A stretch of 53,995 nt of DNA, from NCBI GenBank assembly GCA_009699315.1, contig WLOK01000003.1, positions 1 to 53,995 of the forward strand. The letters run 5' to 3'. How positions within the stretch are numbered: position 1 is the first letter of the stretch; every line of letters starts with the position of its first letter. Shown here piece by piece: positions 1 to 8,038 of the stretch. The notes beneath the pieces are model-generated. The model did not search any database. It was not told the DNA's origin and saw nothing but the letters and a program-made list of their open reading frames with translations. The translations under genes and the position numbers were made by a program. The DNA is from Actinomycetota bacterium (lineage in GTDB: Bacteria > Actinomycetota > Actinomycetes > S36-B12).

Positions 1-297
1 CCGATTCAAGCGCGCTTCCATCTGGCGAGTGGCCCGATCAAGGACACCTACGAACTGGATTACACCTGGCAGGGAGATGCCTCTGTACGGTGGATTCTGA
101 CCAAAGGCGACATGCTCACCATGATGGACGGGTCATATACGTTAGTCGACAATGGAGACGAGTCGACAAAGGTCGAGTATCGCCTCGCTGTTGACGTGAA
201 AATTCCGATGATCGGGATGCTGAAGCGCAAGGCGGAAAAGGTCATCGTGGATACAGCTCTGAAGGGACTGCGCAAGCGAGTGGAGTCTTTGGCCTAA
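1..297 (+). CDS. SRPBCC/polyketide cyclase family protein, 5'-truncated by the window edge
   Basis: Frame 1 is open from base 1 (PIQARFHLASGPIKDTYELDYTW...VEYRLAVDVKIPMIGMLKRKAEKVIVDTALKGLRKRVE). This family usually sits just upstream of glk in actinobacteria. Confidence 0.8.
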   Translation, partial: PIQARFHLASGPIKDTYELDYTWQGDASVRWILTKGDMLTMMDGSYTLVDNGDESTKVEYRLAVDVKIPMIGMLKRKAEKVIVDTALKGLRKRVESLA

Positions 298-1247
298 TGG
301 CTCTCACGCTCGGTGTTGATGTTGGTGGCACCAAGATCTTGGCCGGTGTGGTTGACGAGCAAGGTCAGATTCTGCGAACCGAGCGTCGCCCAACCCTGCG
401 TTCCGATGTGGATGCCCTTGTGCACTCCATCAGCGAATGTGTGCGTTCACTCGATCCTGAGGGTGAATGTCGCTCGTTGGGAGTCAGTATCGCTGCCCTC
501 CTTGACGCCCCCAGAGATCGAATCCTCTTGGCGCCCAACGGAGGGTGGACGCAAGAGCCACTCGACTTTCTACTCGAGCGGGAGACGCGCCTTACGACGG
601 TGTTGGAGAACGACGGCAATGCCGCGGCTTGGGGCGAGTACCGCTTTGGAGCGGGACGAACTGCGAAAGACATGGTGATGATCACCGTGGGAACGGGCAT
701 CGGTGGTGGTGTAGTCCTTAACGGACAAATACGTACCGGCGCTCATGGCGTGGCTGGCGAGATAGGCCACATTACGATGGTCGCTAATGGGCTGCCGTGT
801 GGTTGCGGACGCACCGGGTGTTGGGAGCAGTACGCCAGTGGCTCGGCTCTCGTTCGCGAGACACGAGCCTTGGCCACCGAACGTAGATCTGATGCCACGT
901 TTCTGCTGACGCTCGGAGACGGGACTCCTGAAGGGGTTCAAGGCGTACACGTCACCGAAGCCGCTCATGCGGGAGACACAGTTGCCCTGACCGCCTTCGC
1001 TCGCGTCGCGGAATGGCTTGGCAGGGGCATGGCCGATTTAGCCGCAGTGATTGATCCAGAGCTGTTCATTTTTGGGGGCGGTGTCAGCGAAGCCGGTGAC
1101 GTGCTGCTCGTGCCACTCAAGGCTTCGTTTAGCCGCCAGTTGATGGGATTCGGCCGTCTGACGGGTGCGGAGGTGGCAGTCGCCGAGCTGGGTAATCACG
1201 CCGGACTCATCGGTGCTGCTGATTTGGCTCGGCTACGCGCCGGCTAA
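297..1247 (+). CDS. glk: ROK-family glucokinase
   Basis: GVDVGGTK ATP motif, ENDGNAAA, GTGIGGG, GEIGH and the CGCGRTGCWE zinc motif. Confidence 0.92.
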   Translation: MALTLGVDVGGTKILAGVVDEQGQILRTERRPTLRSDVDALVHSISECVRSLDPEGECRSLGVSIAALLDAPRDRILLAPNGGWTQEPLDFLLERETRLTTVLENDGNAAAWGEYRFGAGRTAKDMVMITVGTGIGGGVVLNGQIRTGAHGVAGEIGHITMVANGLPCGCGRTGCWEQYASGSALVRETRALATERRSDATFLLTLGDGTPEGVQGVHVTEAAHAGDTVALTAFARVAEWLGRGMADLAAVIDPELFIFGGGVSEAGDVLLVPLKASFSRQLMGFGRLTGAEVAVAELGNHAGLIGAADLARLRAG

Positions 1248-1261
1248 TCACGCCAGAGTGG

Positions 1262-1681
1262 TCAGACAACGGCACCGTCAGGTGGCCCATCGCGGTCGCC
1301 GTCCTTCTTTCGGGCGATCAATGTTGCGAAGCCCCCAGCGAATGCAAAACCCCCGAGGGCCGCGATCCAGGTCGGTAGCGAGACGAAAAAGGCGATAAGC
1401 ACGAGGATCGGGCCACCTAGTGCGCCCGCCCAGGCGAAACGATCGACAGCGTGGTGTGGGCGCGGGATCGGTGGGGGTTCGGGCGGTTCGAAGGTAGAGG
1501 TGTCCTCGGCGAGAGGATCCCAGTCACTCGACGCAGGAGTGAGTTGCGCACCGGGGACGTCATCATTGGCTGCGGGCATTCGCGGCGCCTCACCGAAGCC
1601 AGCAACGATTGCCTGCCACTCGGCGTCGACTTTTTCCTGGGGGAGACCTTCGTTCTCTTCGGGCATGGGTTCGCTCGTCAC
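1262..1681 (-). CDS. Conserved actinobacterial membrane protein
   Basis: Acidic/Pro-rich N-terminus (FEPPEPPPIP), two hydrophobic segments, C-terminal DGAVV. Overlaps the esterase stop codon. Confidence 0.75.
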   Translation of the reverse strand: MTSEPMPEENEGLPQEKVDAEWQAIVAGFGEAPRMPAANDDVPGAQLTPASSDWDPLAEDTSTFEPPEPPPIPRPHHAVDRFAWAGALGGPILVLIAFFVSLPTWIAALGGFAFAGGFATLIARKKDGDRDGPPDGAVV

Positions 1682-2427
1682 TGGCCCGAGACACGCCTGA
1701 TGAAAGCAATGCTGGCGTCTTCGATTGTCATGGCATCGTTGTCGAGTGTTGCCACGTGATAGGAGTCGGGGAGTACTACAAGTGTCTTATCGGTGGATCG
1801 CACATGAGACATGATCCACTCCGCGTTACTGGCTTCTACGACGTGGTCCACTGCACTGCGAAATACGAGTGCCGGCTGATTTACCTTGTCGATGTCCTGA
1901 CGCACCGTGGTCCACAACTTGGACAAGGAATAGGCGGCCTTAAGCGGGATCTTGCTATATGCGCCCTCATCTTGCCCAGGCTTCTTGATGTCATTGCTGA
2001 TACCTGGGAATGAGGGGACAACGGCTTGCAGCAGGGGCAAGAGATGTCGGTCCTTGCGTTCGCTATGTACGGCGGCGTTGACAAGGACTATTCCAGAGAC
2101 CGCGCCGCCTTTCTCCTCCGCAAGTCGTAGTGTGAGTGAACCGCCCATGCTTAGGCCTAGTACAAACACGCGGTCGCATCGCTCGGCGAGTTCTCGGAAT
2201 GCTCGATCAACCTCGGCGTACCAATCCTCCCAACGCGTGAGATTCATGTCTTGCCAGCGGGTTCCATGACCGGGAAGTCTCGGAAGTCGTACTGTCATGC
2301 CCTCTTTGGCGAGTCGCTGTGCGAGCGGGAGCATTGACTTGGGAGATCCCGTGAAACCATGGATAACCAGCGCTCCAGTGGAGCTGCCGTCCGCGGCAAA
2401 TGGTTCGGCTCCGGGCATGAGGGTCAT
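1678..2427 (-). CDS. Alpha/beta hydrolase (carboxylesterase/monoacylglycerol lipase type)
   Basis: HGFTG oxyanion motif, GLSMGG nucleophile elbow, DHVV, SYHVAT catalytic His. Confidence 0.9.
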   Translation of the reverse strand: MTLMPGAEPFAADGSSTGALVIHGFTGSPKSMLPLAQRLAKEGMTVRLPRLPGHGTRWQDMNLTRWEDWYAEVDRAFRELAERCDRVFVLGLSMGGSLTLRLAEEKGGAVSGIVLVNAAVHSERKDRHLLPLLQAVVPSFPGISNDIKKPGQDEGAYSKIPLKAAYSLSKLWTTVRQDIDKVNQPALVFRSAVDHVVEASNAEWIMSHVRSTDKTLVVLPDSYHVATLDNDAMTIEDASIAFIRRVSGQ

Positions 2428-2479
2428 CTTTTCCGCTCCTTGATCGAGGACGTCCGCACCCTCAGCGTAGGGTTCGCAT

Positions 2480-3172
2480 GTGTTCTATTGGGTGCTGAAG
2501 CACATTCTCGTCGGGCCGTGGCTGCGCATACTCTGGCGCCCCTGGACCGAGGGTGTCGAAAACGCGCCGACACAGGGGGCCGCCATCATCGTCAGCAACC
2601 ACCTGTCGTTCAGCGATTCCTTCTTCATGCCCCTCATGGTCAGCCGCAAGGTGACGTTCCTTGCCAAGAGCGATTACTTCACGGGTCGAGGGATAAAGGG
2701 TCTCTTCACGAAGATGTTTTTTGCTGGCGCCGGACAGGTCCCGGTGGATAGATCAGGTGGCCGCGCTTCCGAAGCGGCTTTGAATACGGCACTGCGCATC
2801 CTTAGCCAAGGCAATCTCCTGGGCATCTACCCAGAAGGCACGAGATCTGGGGATGGGCGCCTCTACCGCGGCCGTACCGGTGTCGCTCGAATGGCCCTTG
2901 AAGCGGGGGTACCCGTGATTCCAGTCGCGATGATCGGTACCTATGAGATCCAGCCTCCCGGACAGGTCAAACCGCGTGTGCGTCGAGTCGGTATGCGCTT
3001 TGGGACGCCCCTAGATTTCACCCGCTACGAAGGACTCGGTGGCGATCGATTCATTCTCCGATCAGTAACCGACGAAATTATCTACGCCCTGATGGATCTC
3101 TCTCGGCAGGAATACGTCGACATGTACGCGACGAAGGCGAAAGAAATGGCTAAGAAAGTCACGACGGACTAG
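2480..3172 (+). CDS. plsC: 1-acyl-sn-glycerol-3-phosphate (lysophospholipid) acyltransferase
   Basis: NHLSFSD (HX4D) and YPEGTRS motifs. Leaderless -10 TAGGGT at 2468-2473. Confidence 0.9.
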   Translation: MFYWVLKHILVGPWLRILWRPWTEGVENAPTQGAAIIVSNHLSFSDSFFMPLMVSRKVTFLAKSDYFTGRGIKGLFTKMFFAGAGQVPVDRSGGRASEAALNTALRILSQGNLLGIYPEGTRSGDGRLYRGRTGVARMALEAGVPVIPVAMIGTYEIQPPGQVKPRVRRVGMRFGTPLDFTRYEGLGGDRFILRSVTDEIIYALMDLSRQEYVDMYATKAKEMAKKVTTD

Positions 3173-4653
3173 TCCGCGGACCAACCCGCTGTCCGGTTTA
3201 CCGCGCTATGCCAGCGCTGAAATCCGCGCGGGTCGACGTTCTGCGGCTGGAAAGTTCGCTCAATGCTTCGGGCCTCTTTGATGACGGCCATTGACGACCA
3301 GAGGCCAAAGCCAAGACCGGCAAGAAATGCCGCTCCGAGCCCAGTGGATTGCAATTCGAGGGGTCGCTCCACTGGCGTCTGCAGTTCGTTCGCCTGCAAC
3401 TGGCACAGCAGAGAGTTCGCAGCGGCACCTCCATCGACGGCAAGTCGCGGGAGGTGAATGCCGCCCTCATTCCGCATGAGGTCAACGAGATCGTGCACGC
3501 TGTAGGCAATCGCGTCAAGAGTCGCTCGAGCCAGGTGAGCTCGTGTGGTGCCACGGGTGATGCCCAAAATTGCACCGCGCGCATACGGATCCCAGTAGGG
3601 CGCACCCAGACCCGTCAGCGCGGGCACGAACACCACGCCGTCGGAGTCCGACACGGAATTGGCGAGGGCTTCGGTCTCCTCGGCATTCGCAATAATCCCC
3701 AGACCATCTCGCAACCACTGAACCGCCGCACCGGTGACAAACACAGACCCTTCAAGGGCGTATGTCAAGGAGCCGTCCGGGTTGCCCAGAGCGACTGTGG
3801 TCAGTAGTCCGCCCGTAGAAAACACCGGGTTGGTTCCGGTGTTAGCAAGAAGAAAGGATCCGGTTCCGTAAGTGCATTTTGCGTCACCCACGTCGAACCC
3901 TGCCTGCCCCACAAGGGCCGCTTGTTGATCGCCGGCCACACCAGTAATGGGGATGTTGAGCCCAAGAAACACGGATGGATCTGTTCTACCTAGTTCGCCG
4001 AAAGAGGGCACGATTTCGGGAAGCGCGCCCATCGGCACACCGAACAGGCCACATAGTTCTGCACTCCACTCTCCTCGGTGGATATCGAATAGCAAAGTGC
4101 GTGAGGCATTAGTTGCGTCAGTGGTGTGCACCATGCCTCGTGACATGCGCGCCATCAGGTAGGAGTCCACAGTGCCGATCGCGACTCGACCGGAGATGAC
4201 CTGGCCCCAGACTCGTGGGTCGTTTTCGCAGATCCACTGAAGTTTGGTCGCGCTGAAATACGGATCTAGTCTCAAGCCAGTGAGATGCCTGACTCGCGCA
4301 TCGTGGACGGGCCGAAGTCGGTCGCAGAGGGACGCGGTTCTGCGGTCTTGCCACACAATGGCCTTGCGAGCAGCCCCGAGTGTTTCTCGATCCCACAAAC
4401 AGACCGTCTCGCGCTGGTTGGTGATTCCTACGGCCGTTGGTGCTAGATCCGCGTGTCCGTCGACAACATCCAGCACTTGGCGCACGGATGTCAGAGTGGC
4501 CTGCCAGATTTCACCGAGATCATGCTCGACCCAGCCCTCATGCGGGAAATGCTGAGGGAAGGCTGAGTACCCACGAGCTACGACACGCGCACGCTCGTCG
4601 ACCAGCAAAGCCGTGACGCCGGTTGTGCCTGCGTCGACTGAAAGAACTGTCAT
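3169..4653 (-). CDS. glpK: Glycerol kinase
   Basis: DAGTTG, GITNQRET, WQDRRT, DPYFSATK, NASRT, GDQQAAL, KCTYGTG, VDGG. Confidence 0.93.
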   Translation of the reverse strand: MTVLSVDAGTTGVTALLVDERARVVARGYSAFPQHFPHEGWVEHDLGEIWQATLTSVRQVLDVVDGHADLAPTAVGITNQRETVCLWDRETLGAARKAIVWQDRRTASLCDRLRPVHDARVRHLTGLRLDPYFSATKLQWICENDPRVWGQVISGRVAIGTVDSYLMARMSRGMVHTTDATNASRTLLFDIHRGEWSAELCGLFGVPMGALPEIVPSFGELGRTDPSVFLGLNIPITGVAGDQQAALVGQAGFDVGDAKCTYGTGSFLLANTGTNPVFSTGGLLTTVALGNPDGSLTYALEGSVFVTGAAVQWLRDGLGIIANAEETEALANSVSDSDGVVFVPALTGLGAPYWDPYARGAILGITRGTTRAHLARATLDAIAYSVHDLVDLMRNEGGIHLPRLAVDGGAAANSLLCQLQANELQTPVERPLELQSTGLGAAFLAGLGFGLWSSMAVIKEARSIERTFQPQNVDPRGFQRWHSAVNRTAGWSAD

Positions 4654-4713
4654 ATGGGCACTGTAGTTACAGAAACACCAACTCGCTAACGTGTTGTGGG
4701 AAGGGAGATCGTC

Positions 4714-5739
4714 ATGCGAGTAGGTGTCCTCACTGGTGGTGGAGATTGCCCCGGCCTCAATGCGGTGATCCGCGCTGTTGTCCGCAAAGGTGTTTCTGAG
4801 TACGGATTCGACTTCGTTGGGTTCCGCGATGGATGGAAGGGTCCCCTTGAGGGAGTCACTATGGCCCTTGATGTGGCGGCAGTACGTGGGATCTTGCCGC
4901 GCGGAGGCACGATCCTCGGCTCGTCGCGCACAAACCCAATCACAATCGAGGGTGGCGTCGAACGAATCGAGAAGAATCTCAAGGGACTCGGCGTTGACGC
5001 CCTCATCGCCATTGGCGGAGAAGACACTTTAGGTGTTGCCACGGCGCTTCATGAGTTGGGATTCCACGTCGTAGGCGTGCCCAAAACCATCGACAACGAC
5101 CTCAATGCAACTGATTACACCTTCGGTTTCGACACTGCGGTGGGGATCGCAACCGAAGCGATAGATCGGCTTCACACAACTGCTGAATCGCACCATCGCG
5201 TTCTCGTCATTGAGGTCATGGGTCGTCACGCGGGCTGGATCGCGCTTCATTCGGGGATGGCTGGCGGCGCTAATGTGATTTTGATTCCTGAAGTGCCCTT
5301 CGACATGGATCAGGTGTGCGCTTGGGTGGATTCACGTTTCGATCAGAGTTTTGCGCCGATTATCTGCGTTGCAGAGGGAGCTCTTCCCTCTGACGGTGAT
5401 CTCATGACTAAGGATGCAACGGTCGACGCTTTTGGTCACGTTCGACTCAGCGGCATAGGCGATTGGCTCGCCAGTGAAATTGAACGTCGTACCGGCAAGG
5501 AGTCGCGTGCCGCCGTGCTCGGTCATATCCAGCGTGGCGGCACCCCGTCGTCCTTCGATCGCGTGTTGGCCACGCGTTTTGGGCTCAACGCGATTGATAC
5601 CGTCAAGGATGGCGACTGGGGCAAGATGGTGGCCCTTCGAGGAACTGACATCGTCCGGGTACCGCTGACTGAAGCGACCAAAACTCTGAAGACGGTGCCG
5701 TTGGCTCGTTACGAGGAGGCCATGGTCCTGTTCGGGTAA
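4714..5739 (+). CDS. pfkA: 6-phosphofructokinase, group III type
   Basis: GGGDCPGLN, GGEDT, PKTIDND, EVMGRHAG, LGHIQRGG. Start moved to ATG 4714, which follows GGGAG. Confidence 0.93.
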   Translation: MRVGVLTGGGDCPGLNAVIRAVVRKGVSEYGFDFVGFRDGWKGPLEGVTMALDVAAVRGILPRGGTILGSSRTNPITIEGGVERIEKNLKGLGVDALIAIGGEDTLGVATALHELGFHVVGVPKTIDNDLNATDYTFGFDTAVGIATEAIDRLHTTAESHHRVLVIEVMGRHAGWIALHSGMAGGANVILIPEVPFDMDQVCAWVDSRFDQSFAPIICVAEGALPSDGDLMTKDATVDAFGHVRLSGIGDWLASEIERRTGKESRAAVLGHIQRGGTPSSFDRVLATRFGLNAIDTVKDGDWGKMVALRGTDIVRVPLTEATKTLKTVPLARYEEAMVLFG

Positions 5740-5760
5740 GCGAGCGACTACCCTTTTAGC

Positions 5761-7083
5761 GTGTCTCTTACCTGGCCGGATCTCCCCGCCGCACAGCAGC
5801 CTGTGTGGCCGGATGAGGTTGCCCTCGCCGACGCACTTGCTGAGTTGCGCCGTCAGCCGCCGCTCGTGTTTGCGGGGGAGTGCGATGCACTCACCGAGCG
5901 TCTCGCTGCTGCCACGCGCGGCGAAGCTTTTGTGTTGACCGGTGGGGACTGCGCCGAGACATTTGCCGCCAATACGGCCGACTCGATTCGAGCCAGGCTC
6001 AAGACAGTGCTGCAGATGTCGATGGTGTTGACCTATGCGGCGTCGCTTCCGGTGGTCAAGTTGGGACGAGTTGCCGGGCAGTACTTCAAGCCGCGGTCGA
6101 CGCCGACTGAGACTCGTGATGGGGTTGAACTGCCGTCCTACTTTGGTGATGCGGTCAACGCAATCGAATTCGATGCCGTCTCGCGCCGTCCTGATCCCCA
6201 GCGCCTTCTGCGGACTTACAACGCGTCTGCCGCGGCCCTCAATCTCATTCGCGCTTTCACTCAAGGCGGATACGCGGACGTTCGACAGGTGCATGCGTGG
6301 AACCAAGATTTCGTCCGCGACTCTCCGGCCGGTCAGCGCTACGAGAAGATGGCTCAAGACATTGAGCGCGCATTGGCGTTCATGCAGGCATGTGGCGCCG
6401 ACCCCGAGGAGTTCCAGCGTGCGGATTTCTACGCGGCGCACGAAGCGCTGTGCCTCGACTACGAGAAGGCGCTGACTCGCATCGATTCCCGCACGGGGAC
6501 GCCTTATGACGTATCGGGACACTTCCTGTGGATCGGAGAGCGCACGCGTCAGGCCGACGGGGCGCACCTACATTTCGCCTCTGTGATTCGAAACCCCATC
6601 GGCGTCAAGGTGGGTCCAACAGCAACGCCGGAAGACGTAGTCAGTCTCGCCGAGCGGCTTAACCCCGAGCGGATTCCCGGACGATTGACATTGATCACCC
6701 GGATGGGAGCCGGCAAGATTCGGGCGACTCTGCCAAAGATTGTCGAGTCGGTCCAGGCCAGCGGGCACCCAGTGGTGTGGGTCTGCGACCCCATGCACGG
6801 CAATACCCGTCAGGCGGCCTCCGGCCACAAAACGCGTTCATTCGATGACGTTCTCGATGAAGTTCAAGGATTCTTCGATGTGCACGCCACGATCGGTTCG
6901 TTCCCGGGCGGCATCCACGTCGAACTCACCGGTGACGACGTCACAGAGTGTGTCGGCGGCACTGGTGGAGTGGCTGAAGATGGTCTGGGTGAGCGTTATG
7001 AAACAGCTTGCGATCCTCGGCTCAATCGCCAGCAAGCCCTAGAGCTCGCTTTCGTCGTCTCGGACATGCTCCTAAAGTGCTGA
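5761..7083 (+). CDS. aroH: Class II DAHP synthase
   Basis: GGDCAETF, GRVAGQYFKPRS, WIGERTR, CDPMHGNT, CDPRLN. Confidence 0.93.
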   Translation: MSLTWPDLPAAQQPVWPDEVALADALAELRRQPPLVFAGECDALTERLAAATRGEAFVLTGGDCAETFAANTADSIRARLKTVLQMSMVLTYAASLPVVKLGRVAGQYFKPRSTPTETRDGVELPSYFGDAVNAIEFDAVSRRPDPQRLLRTYNASAAALNLIRAFTQGGYADVRQVHAWNQDFVRDSPAGQRYEKMAQDIERALAFMQACGADPEEFQRADFYAAHEALCLDYEKALTRIDSRTGTPYDVSGHFLWIGERTRQADGAHLHFASVIRNPIGVKVGPTATPEDVVSLAERLNPERIPGRLTLITRMGAGKIRATLPKIVESVQASGHPVVWVCDPMHGNTRQAASGHKTRSFDDVLDEVQGFFDVHATIGSFPGGIHVELTGDDVTECVGGTGGVAEDGLGERYETACDPRLNRQQALELAFVVSDMLLKC

Positions 7084-7085
7084 CC

Positions 7086-7562
7086 ATGCTCGCGGTCACG
7101 AGGATCAAGACGCCTTGGTCCCCACTGACGATCATTGCCGACAATGACTGTGTCGTGTCGTCGTGGTTCGGTGAGCAGTCCCATCACCCGGTTGCTTGTG
7201 ATGAACCGATTCGCAAGACTCGCAGCATCGATGGCGTAACCGAGGCAGTTGGCGCGTGGCTCGACGGTGATCTGTCCAGCCTTGACCAAGTGAAAGTACG
7301 TCAGAGTGGTGGGCCGTTCTTTGAGCAGGTATGGACCGTCATGCGAGAGGTGTCTGCGGGAGAGACGGTCAGTTACGGAGAGCTTGCGATGCTTGCTGGT
7401 CGCCCTCGAGCAGCCCGTGCTGTGGGAACTGCGTGTGCAACTAACTCCGTCGCGCCATTTGTCCCCTGCCATCGAGTGGTCACCGCTACGGGCCGCATCG
7501 GCGCGTATGGATACGGAGTTGACTTGAAAGTCGCACTGTTACGACACGAAGGTGCTATCTGA
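7086..7562 (+). CDS. ogt: Methylated-DNA-protein-cysteine methyltransferase
   Basis: SYGELA, RAVGTAC and the PCHRV active site. Start reassigned to ATG 7086. Confidence 0.9.
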   Translation: MLAVTRIKTPWSPLTIIADNDCVVSSWFGEQSHHPVACDEPIRKTRSIDGVTEAVGAWLDGDLSSLDQVKVRQSGGPFFEQVWTVMREVSAGETVSYGELAMLAGRPRAARAVGTACATNSVAPFVPCHRVVTATGRIGAYGYGVDLKVALLRHEGAI

Positions 7563-7566
7563 TCCC

Positions 7567-7612
7567 AAAGAAGTAAACGGCCGCGGTACCGAATTCTCGG
7601 GAGCCGCGGCCG
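7567..7612 (-). terminator. Intrinsic terminator-like hairpin with a U-rich tail on the minus strand
   Basis: 9-bp GC stem CGGCCGCGG (7578-7586) / CCGCGGCCG (7604-7612) with an inner CCGA/TCGG stem, followed on the minus strand by TTTACTTCTTT. Confidence 0.7.
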
Positions 7613-7656
7613 CTGGTGACGCCTTGCCGAAGACGGCGCCACGTGCCTATTCAACC
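7567..7656 (-). ncRNA. Candidate ~90-nt LexA-controlled small RNA
   Basis: -10 TAGGGT (7663-7668, minus strand) directly next to an SOS box. It is followed by a hairpin containing cUUCGg and a G-U pair that only forms on the minus strand, then the terminator. Confidence 0.45.
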
Positions 7657-7668
7657 CCCTCGACCCTA

Positions 7669-7684
7669 TCGAACGCAAGTACGA
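7669..7684. promoter_or_regulatory. LexA (SOS) box
   Basis: TCGAAC-GCAA-GTACGA, one mismatch to the actinobacterial consensus TCGAAC-N4-GTTCGA. Intergenic. Confidence 0.7.
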
Positions 7685-7717
7685 TTAGGACGTGTTGCGG
7701 ATCTATGAGGGATGGAG

Positions 7718-8008
7718 CTACTTGACCAGGCTCAGGAGACCGGCCAGGACCGCAGAGATGGCCGCACACCACAGCATGATGACTCCGATAGCGGCGATGC
7801 GCAGGGGAGCCCGGGTGTCGGAGAACGCGATGGAGAACGCTCGTTTGGCGACACCTGAGAATGGGGTGGCTTCGTGGGCGGGGTCGCCATGGGGATCGCG
7901 CTGGAACCAGTAGGCACGCTCACTCGACATGCCCAACCAGACAAAGGCGAGGCCGAAGAGCGCAAGGGCTACAGCGATGATCAGGAAGACGAGGACGGCG
8001 ATGCTCAC
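7718..8008 (-). CDS. Small two-TM membrane protein of unknown function
   Basis: Two strongly hydrophobic segments around a polar loop. TAGGGT-N6-GTG leaderless start. Confidence 0.7.
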   Translation of the reverse strand: MSIAVLVFLIIAVALALFGLAFVWLGMSSERAYWFQRDPHGDPAHEATPFSGVAKRAFSIAFSDTRAPLRIAAIGVIMLWCAAISAVLAGLLSLVK

Positions 8009-8038
8009 AGTGAAACCCTACATGGCATGCTTCGCACA

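Noticed and set aside
5332-6567. 411-aa minus-strand ORF
   Set aside because: It lies antisense to pfkA and aroH, has no recognisable motifs, and is a typical shadow ORF of GC-rich coding DNA.
7058-7078. Possible PafBC promoter for ogt (TCTCGG-N9-TAAAGT)
   Set aside because: It has one mismatch and the wrong spacing (9 rather than 10), and it lies within aroH coding sequence. Only the -10 is plausible.
7373-7678. 101-aa minus-strand ORF crossing the candidate sRNA
   Set aside because: It runs through a terminator hairpin into the antisense strand of ogt and has no protein-like features.
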